The notes: generated from the sequence alone by a model not told the origin. Counted from the whole stretch's first letter, positions 24,347 to 38,305 are shown. The stretch is 63,134 bases of DNA, filler included, from Octopus bimaculoides (GCF_001194135.2; 7 parts of 6 records of this genome joined end to end with filler, not necessarily neighbours in it), one strand, 5' to 3'. Numbers and translations are program-made.

Positions 24347-24494
24347 CATCATCATCATCATCATCTAGTGTCCGTTGTCCATGCTGGCATGGGTCGGATG
24401 GCTTGACCAGGGCTGGTAAGCTGAGAGGCTGCACCAGACTGCAGTCCGATTTGACATGGTTTTCTATGGCTGGATGCTCTTCCTAACACCAACC
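24347..24494 (-). mobile_element. SINE family C 3' part, inverted and tail-to-tail with the previous copy
   Basis: (CAT)n then GTCCGTTGTCCATGCTGGCATGGG...GGCTGGATGCTCTTCCTAACACCAACC, the reverse complement of the family C motifs. Confidence 0.75.
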
Positions 24495-24971
24495 ACAGTA
24501 ATAACAACAACAACAACAACAACAGCAGCAGCAGCAGCAATAACAACAACACTGTAAGAGAGACCATTAGTCATGGCTTTATGAACGGAAATAGACAGGA
24601 AAACAACACATGAGGAAAAGAATCACACAAGAAAATGTATTAGTAAAAACAGAAGAAGGAAAAGAAAATTATTGAAGATCTCTCATGTCTATAGTTAGAA
24701 TTCCTTGAAAAATTCTTGACGCATTTTTGGAAATTTTTTGAGCGTTCTGTAAATATCTTATTGATATTTCAACTTTTAACTCTACCTAACCCATTACTGT
24801 TTGATGAGTTGTTGTTCAAAAGGTATCGACTGTGTGAGCTCTAGAAGACAATTTCGCTTTTACTGATTTTGGTTTTTATTTTAAGTGAAAAAAAAAAAAC
24901 AAGAATTGCTTTGAATTTGGTTTTGATTATTGGAATTTTATTTTAGAAGTACTGAGCAGCTGATACCCCCT

Positions 24972-25017
<46 letters not shown>

Positions 25018-25267
25018 CCTTTTGTTTTTCTCTCGTCACTTAAGTTTCTCTTCTTTCACACTGTGACTTTTGTCTCTCTCTCTCTTTCTCTCTCACTTTC
25101 TCTATCTCTCTTTTTCTCTATTTCTCTCTCTGTTTTTCTGTCTCTGTCTGTCTTTCTGTCAGTCTCTNNNNNNNNNNNNNNNNNNNNNNNNNNNNNNNNN
25201 NNNNNNNNNNNTTAATTAATTAANNNNNNNNNNNNNNNNNNNNNNNNNNNNNNNNNNNNNNNNNNNN

Positions 25268-25310
<43 letters not shown>

Positions 25311-26714
25311 GCACACACATATTTGGAAGATTGCACTTTATTTCTACAATATGTGTATATGTGTGAAGGCATCAGAGATTTTGTGCACATGTATGAGTTT
25401 GTGCGTGCATCACTGCGATTGAGTTATAACACTAATATTATTTCACTGTATATTTGACAAATGTATTTGTCACTGAAATGAGTAATACACTGTCACGTAT
25501 GATTTAGTATTTTTGATAAGCTTTTGCTTCTATTTGCCTGTGGTCAAATATAATGGAATATCTCAAGAACCACCCATTGTTATGATGCTACCTATTCACA
25601 CAATCTCAAATACATCTACCTACATATATGTACAGAATTTGATTTATTGAATAAGTGCTTATGCACTTCTAAAATATATCTAATTTATCTGCAAAAGTCA
25701 AGAGCCCAATTCTTTAATGCGGTGTTAAACAGCAATATATTATTACTTAAATAAAATAGCAGTATGAACGCCAACGAAATTTTCGAAATATTATTGAGAT
25801 CGACTGCTTTCTATAATCATATATATCGTTTACCGTTTGCTTGTTTCAATTATTAGGCAGCAGGATGTTCGCCCAACGACTATGCTATTTATTTAATTTT
25901 TTAATTACTTATACTGTCGGTTCATTTGTGGAACAACTTCAATAATGGTACATAAACGCATCAACACCGGCTGTCAAGCGTTGTAAGGGGACAAGCATAG
26001 ACACAAACACTCACACACGTATATACCTACTTATTCACACTTACATATATATATATATATATATATATATANNNNNNNNNNNNNNNNNNNNNNNNNNNNN
26101 NNNNNNNNNNNNNNNNNNNNNNNNNNNNNNNNNNNNNNNNNNNNNNNNNNNNNNNNNNNNNNNNNNNNNNNNNNNNNNNNNNNNNNNNNNNNNNNNNNNN
26201 NNNNNNNNNNNNNNNNNNNNNNNNNNNNNNNNNNNNNNNNNNNNNNNNNNNNNNNNNNNNNNNNNNNNNNNNNNNNNNNNNNNNNNNNNNNNNNNNNNNN
26301 NNNNNNNNNNNNNNNNNNNNNNNNNNNNNNNNNNNNNNNNNNNNNNNNNNNNNNNNNNNNNNNNNNNNNNNNNNNNNNNNNNNNNNNNNNNNNNNNNNNN
26401 NNNNNNNNNNNNNNNNNNNNNNNNNNNNNNNNNNNNNNNNNNNNNNNNNNNNNNNNNNNNNNNNNNNNNNNNNNNNNNNNNNNNNNNNNNNNNNNNNNNN
26501 NNNNNNNNNNNNNNNNNNNNNNNNNNNNNNNNNNNNNNNNNNNNNNNNNNNNNNNNNNNNNNNNNNNNNNNNNNNNNNNNNNNNNNNNNNNNNNNNNNNN
26601 NNNNNNNNNNNNNNNNNNNNNNNNNNNNNNNNNNNNNNNNNNNNNNNNNNNNNNNNNNNNNNNNNNNNNNNNNNNNNNNNNNNNNNNNNNNNNNNNNNNN
26701 NNNNNNNNNNNNNN

Positions 26715-26745
<31 letters not shown>

Positions 26746-27422
26746 AATAAGCGTTTAAATGGTTAAGTGACCTAAGAGTATATGGGCTCTTAACGTAATC
26801 CTGGAGGAGAATGTGAGCAATACGACATATAATATTCTGTAACGTTATTTTCCAGACGGCAGTGGATACAGCTTCAATGTATTCATTTCTTGTTGCAAGG
26901 CTTAGCATCGAAGCGTCGTTACGCTAAAAGACACTTGGGCAAGATGCTACATAGTGGGAACAAGTTCGAGAGATATACGAACCGTGAGGCGAATTTTGTT
27001 GAATCATTGCGACCAATGTGTTTCCGTGACATTATTAGGGGTCTATGATGCAAAACATAACATAATGTATTCAGGTTTTCTTGCTGCTTGTACTTGTTAT
27101 GACTGCCTAATATTTACTAATAATGGCAGACAATTTGTTCTTAAATGTTAGCAAATCTATACAATGTCAATGAAGAAAGAGAGGCAAACATAATTTCATT
27201 CCCATGTTTTTTGATTCCAATAAAAGTATAATGACTTCAAATTGATACGGATCCAGGAAAATTGTATCAAAATACAACAAAATCTGCTACACTAGTATGA
27301 AGCCACGAATGTTTTCCATGAAAAATTTAACAATGATATGTGCAACATATTTGATGTAATTATACAATTATACATTCTGCCTCTATTTATCTATTTATTG
27401 GTCTGTGTATCATATTCCCCCT

Positions 27423-27487
<65 letters not shown>

Positions 27488-28194
27488 CCTCTGTCTCTCC
27501 ACACACACAAGTGCATGTATGTAAATATGTTTTATCTAGCTTCCTATCTATATATAGAACACACGCAAACCCACACGCACACACACATATGTATTTATCT
27601 ATCTGTATAGGTATCTATATCTGTGGCTGACACATATTAATGCTCCGAGCATTGAAAAGCTAACTGTGCTATCATGCTGCCCAAAGTGAAAAATATAACG
27701 GAAATTATTATTCATGCACAAACTAGGGAGAATCAAAACGAATGGTGTGCGTGGGAAGGAACGGAAAGAATCGAAAATGCTGAGATATCTATTTCTTATA
27801 TTTCGCTTGCAATGTCTCAACCCTTTTCAAAAAAATAAAAATGGAATAACCTACATTAACTTATTTAAAAATCAACATATGTAGGTGAATGCCATTGTAA
27901 TAATACAAATAAATACGTCACAAGTATGAGGAAAATAATACTTTGAGATAAATATCATCACAAACGAGAGAACCATTAAAAAATGAAGTGAATTCATATA
28001 ATAATACATATGTTTCAAAGGTCCAGCAGCTTTCGAGGGAATGGGTAAAATAATTATATTAACCGCAGTAATCAACCGATACCTAACTAATCAATCGCGA
28101 AAGGATGAAAGGAAACAAATTGACTTCGGAGTAACTTCGGGGTCGCTAAACACTTTGTTCTAATGCCTAGAAGGAAATTACTCTGGTTCTTGCC

Positions 28195-28229
28195 GACCAC
28201 ATGATTCCGGGTTCCGGAATCATGTGGTC
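28195..28229. repeat. Perfect 16-bp inverted repeat with 3-nt loop
   Basis: GACCACATGATTCCGG-gtt-CCGGAATCATGTGGTC. Confidence 0.95.
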
Positions 28230-28295
28230 TCCGGACGGTGGAGAGATAGACAGACAGACAGAAAGACAGACAGACAGACATACATACAGACAGAC

Positions 28296-28357
<62 letters not shown>

Positions 28358-30014
28358 GTAGATAGATAGATAGGTATCAAAACATGTCATCATATGCGTA
28401 TATTTTTCTGAATCATCATGCGCACGGACATACACGTTGATGGAGAAACAAGGAAATTCTCCTTCCAGTTCGGACATATATGTATTTTTTGTATACGTAA
28501 TACTAGGCTCCTTAACATCTACTTGGCAATTACCCTTTCTTCTTATCTTTCTTTTCTTGCTTTGTTATTCAATAGAACTACCTGAGAGACTGAAGCTATA
28601 AAAATCATCCAGAATGTGAGAGATACGTGGATTGGAGGAGATAAATTGACCAGTCAAGACAATAGTTACATGCTACATATCTCAATTAATTGATTAATGC
28701 TAATGGGCTAACACTTTCATTGGTGTATGCATGTATTTGTATATATACACCATTCAATATACATACATATTATATATATGTGTATGTGTTTGCGTAACCG
28801 TGTAATGGTATATATATATATATATATAGATATATATATATATACATATATACATATATACATGAATATATATGTATGTGTGTGTGTATATATAAGTGTG
28901 TGTCTATATACATGTACATGTATATATACTTATGTGTGTGTANNNNNNNNNNNNNNNNNNNNNNNNNNNNNNNNNNNNNNNNNNNNNNNNNNNNNNNNNN
29001 NNNNNNNNNNNNNNNNNNNNNNNNNNNNNNNNNNNNNNNNNNNNNNNNNNNNNNNNNNNNNNNNNNNNNNNNNNNNNNNNNNNNNNNNNNNNNNNNNNNN
29101 NNNNNNNNNNNNNNNNNNNNNNNNNNNNNNNNNNNNNNNNNNNNNNNNNNNNNNNNNNNNNNNNNNNNNNNNNNNNNNNNNNNNNNNNNNNNNNNNNNNN
29201 NNNNNNNNNNNNNNNNNNNNNNNNNNNNNNNNNNNNNNNNNNNNNNNNNNNNNNNNNNNNNNNNNNNNNNNNNATATGGATGTATGTATGTATGAATGTA
29301 TGCATGTATGTATGTATCGGCTTGGTGGGAGTCAGAGGGCTGCGGGAGAAGAATAGATCTTTTGATTAGATGTAGTGTACATATTTATTTACGATGGATC
29401 GTTGTCACATTTTAATGGATATTCCGATATAGTCACCATGGTAACCATTTATTATTGCTATTTTATTTCTGTCTGCTTCTATTTTTGTTACATTGTTTTT
29501 ATTCATTTGCTTTTATTTTATTTTACCTATTGTTTGTTGTGTGTGTTGTCTTGTATTTGTTTAGGACTATATTGCTTGCTCGTTTTATGCCGTTAAATCG
29601 TTGGGTATGGATTGTTTCGCTAGCTCGTATGAACGAAACAAAAGGAACGATGTGGTGTTTATTGCAGCTAAGGTGGGATAAATTATCTTGGCGTACAAAG
29701 TAAAGAAATATAAGAAAAATGACGAGGAGGAGAATTTAAACGAGGAGAAATATGTGTGGGCGTGATAGCATATAATATGTATGGCCAGGATTATATATCA
29801 GACATAAAATGCAAGATACATGTGATTTAGAATATAGATATATGAAACACTGTATGGAAAGAAATTCAATCTGGTGAATGTTCAATTCGTTTTTTGTTTT
29901 TGTCATTCGATATTCAGTCTTAACTTGAGCTCAACCTTATTTCAGTTTTATGTAAGAGATGTCGTCAACTGAATGGACTGCAGACAACAGCAGGTTCGAA
30001 TAAGTCTTCATATC

Positions 30015-30215
30015 ATAATCCTTTCTACAAAGCACAAGGCCTGAAATTTGGGAGCAGGGGACTAGTCGATTACATCGACCCCAGTGTTTTACTGGTACAT
30101 AATTTCCCAACCCCGAAAGGATGAAAGGCAAAATCAACCTCGGCGGAAATCGAACTCTGAACGTAGTGGCAGACGAAATACTGCTAAACATTTCGTCCAG
30201 CCTGCTAACGATTCC
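30015..30215 (-). mobile_element. Family B SINE, well preserved
   Basis: ATAATCCTTTCTACAAAGCACAAGGCC...CGACCCCAGTG...CCCCGAAAGGATGAAAGGCAAAATCAACCTCGGCGG...GCTAACGATTC. Confidence 0.85.
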
Positions 30216-30399
30216 TCATATCCTGATATGAACAGTTCACACTCGAACTCAAATCATCGTCAGATACTTTTCTTTAATTTTATTTCTTTTAATTCTCTAC
30301 TTCAATAACTGTTACTAATTTAAAGAGAAAGGCAACGGTTTTCAGCGCTGAAGACTCACCAATTATATCATGTCCAATATGTCACAAGTACTCTGTGCT

Positions 30400-30522
30400 C
30401 TCAACCCCGCAAGGACGAAAGGCATTGTTAACCTAAGAATAATTTGAAAACACAGAATATGAGCCGGACGAAATGCTGCGAAGCATTTTCCCGACGCCAT
30501 AACTATTCTACCGACCCACCAC
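30400..30522 (-). mobile_element. Family B SINE 5' half, degenerate
   Basis: CCCCGCAAGGACGAAAGGC...GGACGAAATGCTGCGAAGCATTTTCCCGACG. Confidence 0.6.
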
Positions 30523-30579
30523 ACTTTCTCTATTTATGAGTCAGTTATAAGTTTAAAGGTGGTGAATTTTCCGAATCTT

Positions 30580-30752
30580 TGGCAAGCCTGACAAAATGTT
30601 TATCGTCTGCCTTTACGGTATGAGTTCAAATTTCCGCCGAAGTCGACTTCACGTTTTATACTTTCGGAGCAATAATATAAGAACCAGTTGTGTACTGGGG
30701 TCGATGTAATCGGCTTAACTCCTCCAGCGAAATTGCAAGCCTTGTACCGAAA
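30580..30752 (+). mobile_element. Family B SINE
   Basis: GAGTTCAAATTTCCGCCGAAGTCGACTT...ACCAGTTGTGTACTGGGGTCGATGTAATCG...GCCTTGTACC. Confidence 0.75.
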
Positions 30753-30771
30753 CCAATAATTGTTTGAATTA

Positions 30772-30962
30772 AGACGGTGAGCGGGCAAAAACGTTAGATC
30801 AGCACAAACGATTAGCGGCATTTCATCCGTCTTTATGTTCACTGTTCAAATTTTGCTGCGATTTACTTTCCGTCCATCATTTCGGGGTCGATAAAAGAAG
30901 TACCAGTTGGGTACTGGGGTAAATGTAACCGACGTACGCACCCCCGTCGAACTTGCTGGCCA
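30772..30962 (+). mobile_element. Family B SINE, tandem with the previous copy
   Basis: GACGGTGAGCGGGCAAAAACGTTAG head; TTTCGGGGTCGATAAAAGAAGTACCAG core. Confidence 0.75.
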
Positions 30963-32071
30963 ACATTTTAACTCAGTTAAAGTTGTAAGTTTATTGCTTT
31001 GGTTTTAGAAGTTGGGTGAACGAAATTTGAACTACAAAAAACATTGATCCCCCCCCCAACCTTTTCAGGGCCAAGGATGAGTGTAATATGTGTGATATGC
31101 TTTTTGTTAAATTGTTGCTTCATAATGCTTGTAACTACCTCATCCCCAAAACATAATATGAAAAAAATTCTGGAGGAAGGTCACCCTGGGAAGGAAAGGA
31201 CTTGTCGAAAGACTTATTGTTGGACCTGTTGGGGGTTGAGGTTTTTGTGGGAACAATATGCATAGGAGGAGGTGGCATGGGACTATGAAGGTGAGAGTGC
31301 TCGAGAATTGTGACCAGACAACGCCGAGTGCATATTCATCACCTGATCTTTAAATCGGTACCAATAACGGTATCAAAGATGCAAAAAGTAATAGGAAAAT
31401 TGTTTATGAGACATTAATATCTAAACAGACTGGTTCTTGTACATAAGACGCGATATTGCTAGTGTTACTAAAGCAACAGATGACAAAGGCTGTACAATTG
31501 ATATTGTCATTACTGAAAATCTCACAATGAATATAAAAGAAATTGATAAGATCTAAGAGTTTATGATAGTGCTTTGTGTAATGGAAAGGGGGAGGAAGAG
31601 GAGAAGGAGGAGCGCAATATGCGTGCATTAGTAGTCATTATAATAACGAAAGTAAGTGTTTCCTGTCTGCCACAAACATTGACTAATACATGTGAAAAAT
31701 CGCTCTACTAGAAATAATAGCAAGACCATCTAAAATTAATAAAGTAATATCTTGAAAATGACGGTGTGTTAAATTATGTAATCCTAGAAATAAATACTAC
31801 ACCTGAGTAAATGACAGGAAGGTTATAATTGGTTATAATTGCTTTCTTCTTTCTTATTTGAAGAAAGAAGAAAGCAAATGACCACTGATGAGGTCACAGA
31901 AGTGTGACGAAAGAACTCTGGCCGAAATATGATTAACGTAATATAAAACTGAAGCAAATTAGCACCAAATATAAAGTGCGTGTGTTTTCATTGGCTAAAC
32001 TGGCAACATGACCATCCCCAAATACAACAATATCTGTTTCAACAGACGATTTCACATCAAGAATCTTGCAA

Positions 32072-32122
<51 letters not shown>

Positions 32123-32124
32123 GC

Positions 32125-32750
32125 AGGAAATGTACTACAATGTCAGCTGTTCACTTCCAGTGAACTAAGGTAACACATCTTATATTTTGAGCACCTTCCG
32201 GAGTATTCGAACGGTTCCACCCTTATTGCAGCCCCTATTTTTTTCATGTATTTCTTACGATTTTTACTCACCGTTCCCAGGGCCCGGACAATTATAGATA
32301 CTACTACAACCTTTCCATCGACCACAACTGCTTAACCTCCGAACGTAACCTGTCATATCTTTCAACTTTTCTCCCTGCCTTGTCGCATACCTTGTTGTCA
32401 GCTGGACATTCTATATCTATGATCCAGCATAGTTTGCTTTCTTTCTCAATTAAGACTACGTCTAGCTTCCAATTCTCTATCTCATGGCCGCACTGAATCA
32501 TAAAATCCCACAGGATCTTTGCATTATCATTTTCGATGATACCGTCGGGTTCGTGTTCTTAGCAGTTGTTTGCTCTGTCAAGTCCATACTTGTTGGAAAG
32601 TGTCCAACCGATATGCCTGGCTATACTGTCGTGGCGTCTCTTATATTTCTTTTGGGCTAGTGGCGTACATTGGCAGGTAATATGCCATACGGTTTCACCA
32701 TTTCGTCCACAGATTCTACACTTATCACTTTCTGGTGTGTCGTCTATTCT
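32125..32750 (-). mobile_element. Same R4/Dong-type family, 5'-truncated 3' portion
   Basis: DKCRICGRNGETVWHITCQCTPLAQKKYKRRHDSIA...KILWDFMIQCGHEIENWKLDVVLIEKESKLCWIIDIECPADNKV; DNA aligns with 48110-48770. Confidence 0.88.
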
Positions 32751-32772
32751 ATTATTACTATTATTATTATTA

Positions 32773-32814
<42 letters not shown>

Positions 32815-32932
32815 GAAGAAGAAGAAGAAGAAGAAGAAGAAGAAGAAGAAGAAGAAGAAGAAGAAGAAGAAGAAGAAGAAGAAGAAGAAGAAGAAGAAGA
32901 AGAAGAAGAAGAAGAAGAAGAAGAAGAAGAAG
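32751..32932. repeat. (ATT)n then (GAA)n microsatellite
   Basis: Direct inspection. Confidence 0.95.
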
Positions 32933-33731
32933 AGTTGAACTATAAATATGGCAAACCTAGTACGGATAGAGTGCATCCTGAGAGAGCTAGAGTTTATAGT
33001 TTTAGAAACCTTATCTCACCGTGTGTTATATCATTAACAAACCTTTCAATTAATTAGCTGTTTCGAACGTATCTTCAATCGTTATGGTGTTCATTCGAAA
33101 CTAGTAAGACTAGAAGGATAGAATAACTGACCAAAGAGTTGCCATGGCAACTGAAATGATGCACAACCAGAAAAAATATAATATTCCATTACTTTTGTCC
33201 TTAATTCAAGACTTACACAACATTCACAGAATTTATTGGATTTCATTCGAGATTTTCTCTTTTTCGATGTCTTTCACACAAAATTCCAATTGATAAAACC
33301 GACTTGTTTTTTCCTACAAAAACCACCATAATAATACGTTCAAAGTGGTAACGATGGTGATGATGGTGACATTGGTTGTGATGTTTTGGGGAATGATGAT
33401 GGCGCGGCGGCGGTGGTGGTGGTGGTGACATCGACGACAACGACGTCGAATATGATGACGATAATGACGATGACAGTAATGATGGTGATGAAAATTATCT
33501 TCAATTGAAATTTGAACATGAATTGAAATTCAATTTAAGAAAATAATATATTTGTTTTTTTTGTACTATTTTGAAGTTGAAATTTATTGAATTTTGACTT
33601 AAGTTGAAATTACAATTACTTTTTTTTTTCAAAAATCGATCCGTAGCTCCTTATATTGGTTTTAAAAATTTTCACAGTTTTATCAATTTCTAACTTCAAA
33701 CAGTTTCTGAAATATACAAAATTTTAAAAAC

Positions 33732-33762
<31 letters not shown>

Positions 33763-35319
33763 GAACGGATGAAAATTATTAATGAATCTATTTATCCAAG
33801 GACGAAACTTAACGGCAACATAAATCGTTATTTGCAAGATATCAACTTTTGTAGAATTTCTCAGTTATATTCGAAAATGTTTCCCAAAGCTAAAATGTTA
33901 TTACTCTGATACTTTTATGTTTGATTTTTCTTGAAATAGTTTGACTTGACATGTAGGGAAGCATTTGATTATCAAGGCAACGATAGGAAGTCTCTATATA
34001 GTCACTTGATCGGTTAAAAATAACAATCAATTTTATCTGAAACACTATTTATTGATAAAAGGAAAAATATAAATTCAGATTACAAAATGGTGTAGTCATG
34101 GAAACAACTTCAATGGCAGGACGATTGCAAATATACAGAGTACTGCAAAACACAAACAAACACACTGAAGAACTAAGAAAAGAAGGAAAAACATTCATAG
34201 TCGGTAATACCTTAAACAATGTTTAACATGGGCTCAATAGCAAAAATAAGATACAACAGGGTTGTATATTAGGAGATCCCTTAGATGCAAGATATTCTTA
34301 AAGGTAATCCGCTCAGCAAACAGTTCCAGAAAATAATTGTGAGATAAGGAAAACATTTCATTTTTCAATCACAGCGAGATAGTGAACTCTGGCATAAATT
34401 ACAATCGCATTAATGTCATACTTATTTTCGCAGCTCTATAAATGCCTTATCTAGCAGCTTTTTAGAGATTCAGCAGAATATTTAATATGATAATAATATT
34501 TATAGATGGTGATGTATTTCATTCTGATCATACATTTTAGATGATACAATAGTTGTAGAATGGCACTACATTAGTTACATACATCTAGCAACTTTGTTAT
34601 GAGTCAATATTTATTCTATATTCAGCTGGTTTCAATTAGTTTACAAAGAAAGTTGTTATTTTCGTATGTTTTCTTATTCTGACAATCATTATTGTTCTTT
34701 AAATAAATCCTGAAAGAAATAGCGATCAAAAGTGACAGAAACAAGGATGAATCCAAATGATACTTTTATCATTGACGTAACAGATCGGAAAAGAAATAAG
34801 TAATTTGTTGCGGCTATAAACGTTCGCCAAGAGTTAAACGGTTTACAAATGAAACAAATGCTGTAACGACTGATTAAATATAAGAGCTCGGTGGAATCCA
34901 AGTCTGGGTAGTTTTCTCGTAAGGTAGACTAAAATGGTAAATGCAACATTTATCACAACATAAAATCAATAATGAAAGAATGCAAAACGCAAAAATTCTC
35001 AAGTAAACAGTGATCAAATCCTCCTGGAAAACCGCCCTCTCCCAAGTTGTCCACCTAAAACATTGCCTTTATTAACATACCACATTCACACTTCAAGAAT
35101 CGAAACAAAACTTGTTTCACAAAATTTCTCTAACAGATGCACTGTGAAATTACTTATTCCATAAGGCAGAGAATCCAGGTTTACAGAATTTAGAAACTCT
35201 TCAATCAACGGTAGACATAACTAAAGCTTATTGATTACACGGAATTATTTTAAACTCGTTCAAATATAGTCAAACTGATAAACATTTGAAACGTCCTCAA
35301 AAGCAATAACGAAAAAAAT

Positions 35320-35460
35320 GTGGGTCTCTGTCGGTTATGACGATGAGTGTCTCAACTAATCCGATCCACGGAAAATCTCGCTGGTGAAATTAACTTGTAA
35401 GTAACTGACCACGCCCCAGACATGCATAACACAGAATGTGACAAGGCTGACCGACTGAGT
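35320..35460 (+). mobile_element. Family D, degenerate and internally deleted
   Basis: TCCGATCCACGGAA...GTGAAATTAAC...GTGACAAGGCTGACC shared with 61495-61714. Confidence 0.5.
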
Positions 35461-35539
35461 TCCAAATAAAACTCAGATCTCCGTCAAATCCTCCGTAACT
35501 TCTTGCAGAAGGCATAGCACAGTGGCACAATGCTAACAA

Positions 35540-35680
35540 TTTTATTTTATCGATCATGAAAGGATGAAAACTATGAAAGGCAAATTCACCTTCGTTGGAA
35601 TTCGAACTTAGAACGTAAAAAGGAACTGAATGCTGGTAAGTATTTTGCCCGGTACGCTAACGATTCTGCCAGCTTGCTTC
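35540..35680 (-). mobile_element. Family B SINE 5' part
   Basis: TTTTATCGATCATGAAAGGATG...GAAAGGCAAATTCACCTTCG...GCTAACGATTCTGCCAGC. Confidence 0.7.
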
Positions 35681-37349
35681 TATAACTGAGGGTGTTGCTG
35701 TTAAATACATTATATCAAAAACATGGCTGAAACGCCGTAGATTATAGATACTTTTGTTCACGGCTGCACAACAAGAACAACAACAAGGCATTGAAAGTAA
35801 TCGTTATAATCATCATGGAAATGAATTATTATCATCAACTGTAACAACAACAACAACAACAACAACAACAACCATGTCACTTTAAAACGCAAAATATCAA
35901 ATTCATATCAGAATCGGTTAATCTGAAGAGTATTATCTCTGTACTGTAATGTGGATTATGATTTTACAAGCAATTATACTTAATCTGCTGAATGTAAGGA
36001 TCACATAATGTAAACTGTTGAATGTAGTGTTATTAAATACTTTAATCCTGGATACTGTACTTTGGATTCTTTAACATAGAAACATTCTAACAACAAGCAT
36101 CTCTTTTGAAATTAGCCGCAAAAATGCATTCACAAATATTGAGATTGTTAATCAGACACATACCTCCTAACAGTTAGATCTGAAACCCGCAAACTTCCAT
36201 CAGCCATCTGGGAAGCATTTAGAAAATCGTTAAGTATCAAAATCCCAAGACACGACATAGTTTCCAGCCTATATTCTTGCCTAGCAGCGTAAGGAAACAT
36301 TCTAGTCCCGCTCCAGATTTTAACTGCTCTTATAATCACTGCAAATTTAACACAAATTTAACCCTTGAAAAATTAAAACTGAAAGGAAATCGCACAATCT
36401 AATTGTTTCCCATACATACATACATCTCAAGATTTTAATTACTAATCATGTAAATTCCGTGCACCGAGTCGCAACACCGACTCACATCATCGCAATTTTC
36501 ACATAAGGTATCGTATTTGTCTAGCACGCAGCTATAATACATCACCACGACTTAGAGGCTTATCCTTATAACCTCTGTCGATATCTACGCTATGCAGAAT
36601 ATTAACTGAAGAGACACGACAAAATGCTAGTAAAAGAATATTCAGTTTCTGTCACGCCTGAACTTTATGGAATTTAGTACCACGAAGATCGGTCCTTTCA
36701 TCGACTGTTTTAGGTCAAACACAATTATACTAATTTCCAACACTTTCACAAAACATACATTGTTTTACAAGCCGATGACACCACAGTCACATTTTCATTA
36801 TTTCAATATTTTTCAAACGTTGCAGTCCAGAAATCATTGCTACTTCGATCACTGACTTCAAAACAATGTTGCAAAATACCTCGTGTCAAATCAAGCATCA
36901 TCCTTCTTACCAACAACACCATTTAATGTGAGAGACAACCAACCTTGACACGCATCACCGTAAAACAAGACCACAAGTGATTGAATGCGATATCTCCTCG
37001 ACATACGAAAAGCACAAATTCTAACTCTTAGCGTCCCTTTACTTCATACATCAATCTTAAATACCTCTACATTTCCTAACAAAAACTACACAAACCTAAA
37101 TAGTATCTATATCATACATTTCCTTTAACCTTGAACTAGAATGCTGAAGTGAAGAAAGCTGACTAGTCGCATTTTGTTTTAATACACTTCGACCATCTTC
37201 GGAAATGGCAGAAGTTCAGAAATGGACGAGAGACTATTAAACATGCAGCTTGCTTAGGCTGTCACTTCGCGCTTAAATACAATTAACAACTGTAGTTCAG
37301 AATGTGGAGAAGTAAGCGTAGAATAAAAGTAGAGCTATTCAGCTGTGAT

Positions 37350-37891
37350 TATAGTCATTAGGTCGGGTATGTATGATATCAGGTGCTACACAACAACGAT
37401 TAACAAAGTAATTACCACTATTTTATACAAATTATTTTCAGACAAGGTTGTTTAAATTTTAATTAACAAATAGCGTATATAATTTCCTTTTCTGTCTGAA
37501 CACGAATTAAAAGTTAAAGTGGAATTTTCCAGAAAGTTAAGCGGTGAATAGGTAGAGCAGTTAAAGCGTTTGACAGAACGTTTCACGATATTTGCTTCGA
37601 TTCTTTGCGCTCTGCGATCAAATACCACTGAAGTCAACCCACCCACATTTTAGGGGCTCAATTGACATGGACCAAATCAGGACGGTATATTAGGAGAACC
37701 CTAAAAAATCGAACTCCATGCCTTTCGAAATTTATTTCGGTTCCTTCAGATGTGAGTTCAAATGCCGCCATGGCCTACAGAATGGTAGGGTACACATGAT
37801 CTATCACCCGATTTAACATTACCACCATCTACCTTGAGTATATTTAGTTGTATCGATTCTGATATCATACACACCCGACCTAACGACTATA
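37350..37891. repeat. Inverted repeat pair (33 bp, 31/33 identical) about 475 bp apart
   Basis: 37350-37382 versus the reverse complement of 37859-37891; weaker similarity extends outward. Confidence 0.85.
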
Positions 37892-38141
37892 GCCGTGGCT
37901 GAACAGATCTGTTATTCTATGTTTACCTCTGCAGATTAAGGGCAGGTCACTGCTTAGCTATTTACCTGCTCCTTCCATTTCACTCTGTCTATCAGATCCT
38001 AAAAAGAACTTATGATTCACTGACCTCCATATAAAATTTATGCTGGATATGAATGACTTCAGAAACATTACATTTTCATTCGCAAAACGTTTAAATTGTG
38101 GAATGTTATAAAACGTTTCGTACTTGTTCTTGTTGTCGTCG

Positions 38142-38144
<3 letters not shown>

Positions 38145-38214
<70 letters not shown>

Positions 38215-38305
38215 CATCATCATCATCATTATTGTTGTCGCTGTTGCTGTTGTTGTTATTGCTGTTGTTGTTCTTCTTCTTCTTTTTCTTCTACTACTAC
38301 TGCTG

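Noticed and set aside
32566-33057. Signal/TM plus poly-Glu ORF
   Set aside because: Antisense of a LINE fragment running into (ATT)n(GAA)n. The same applies to the ORFs at 38068-38539, 40502-40946, 47858-48156, 56438-57003 and 59584-60396.
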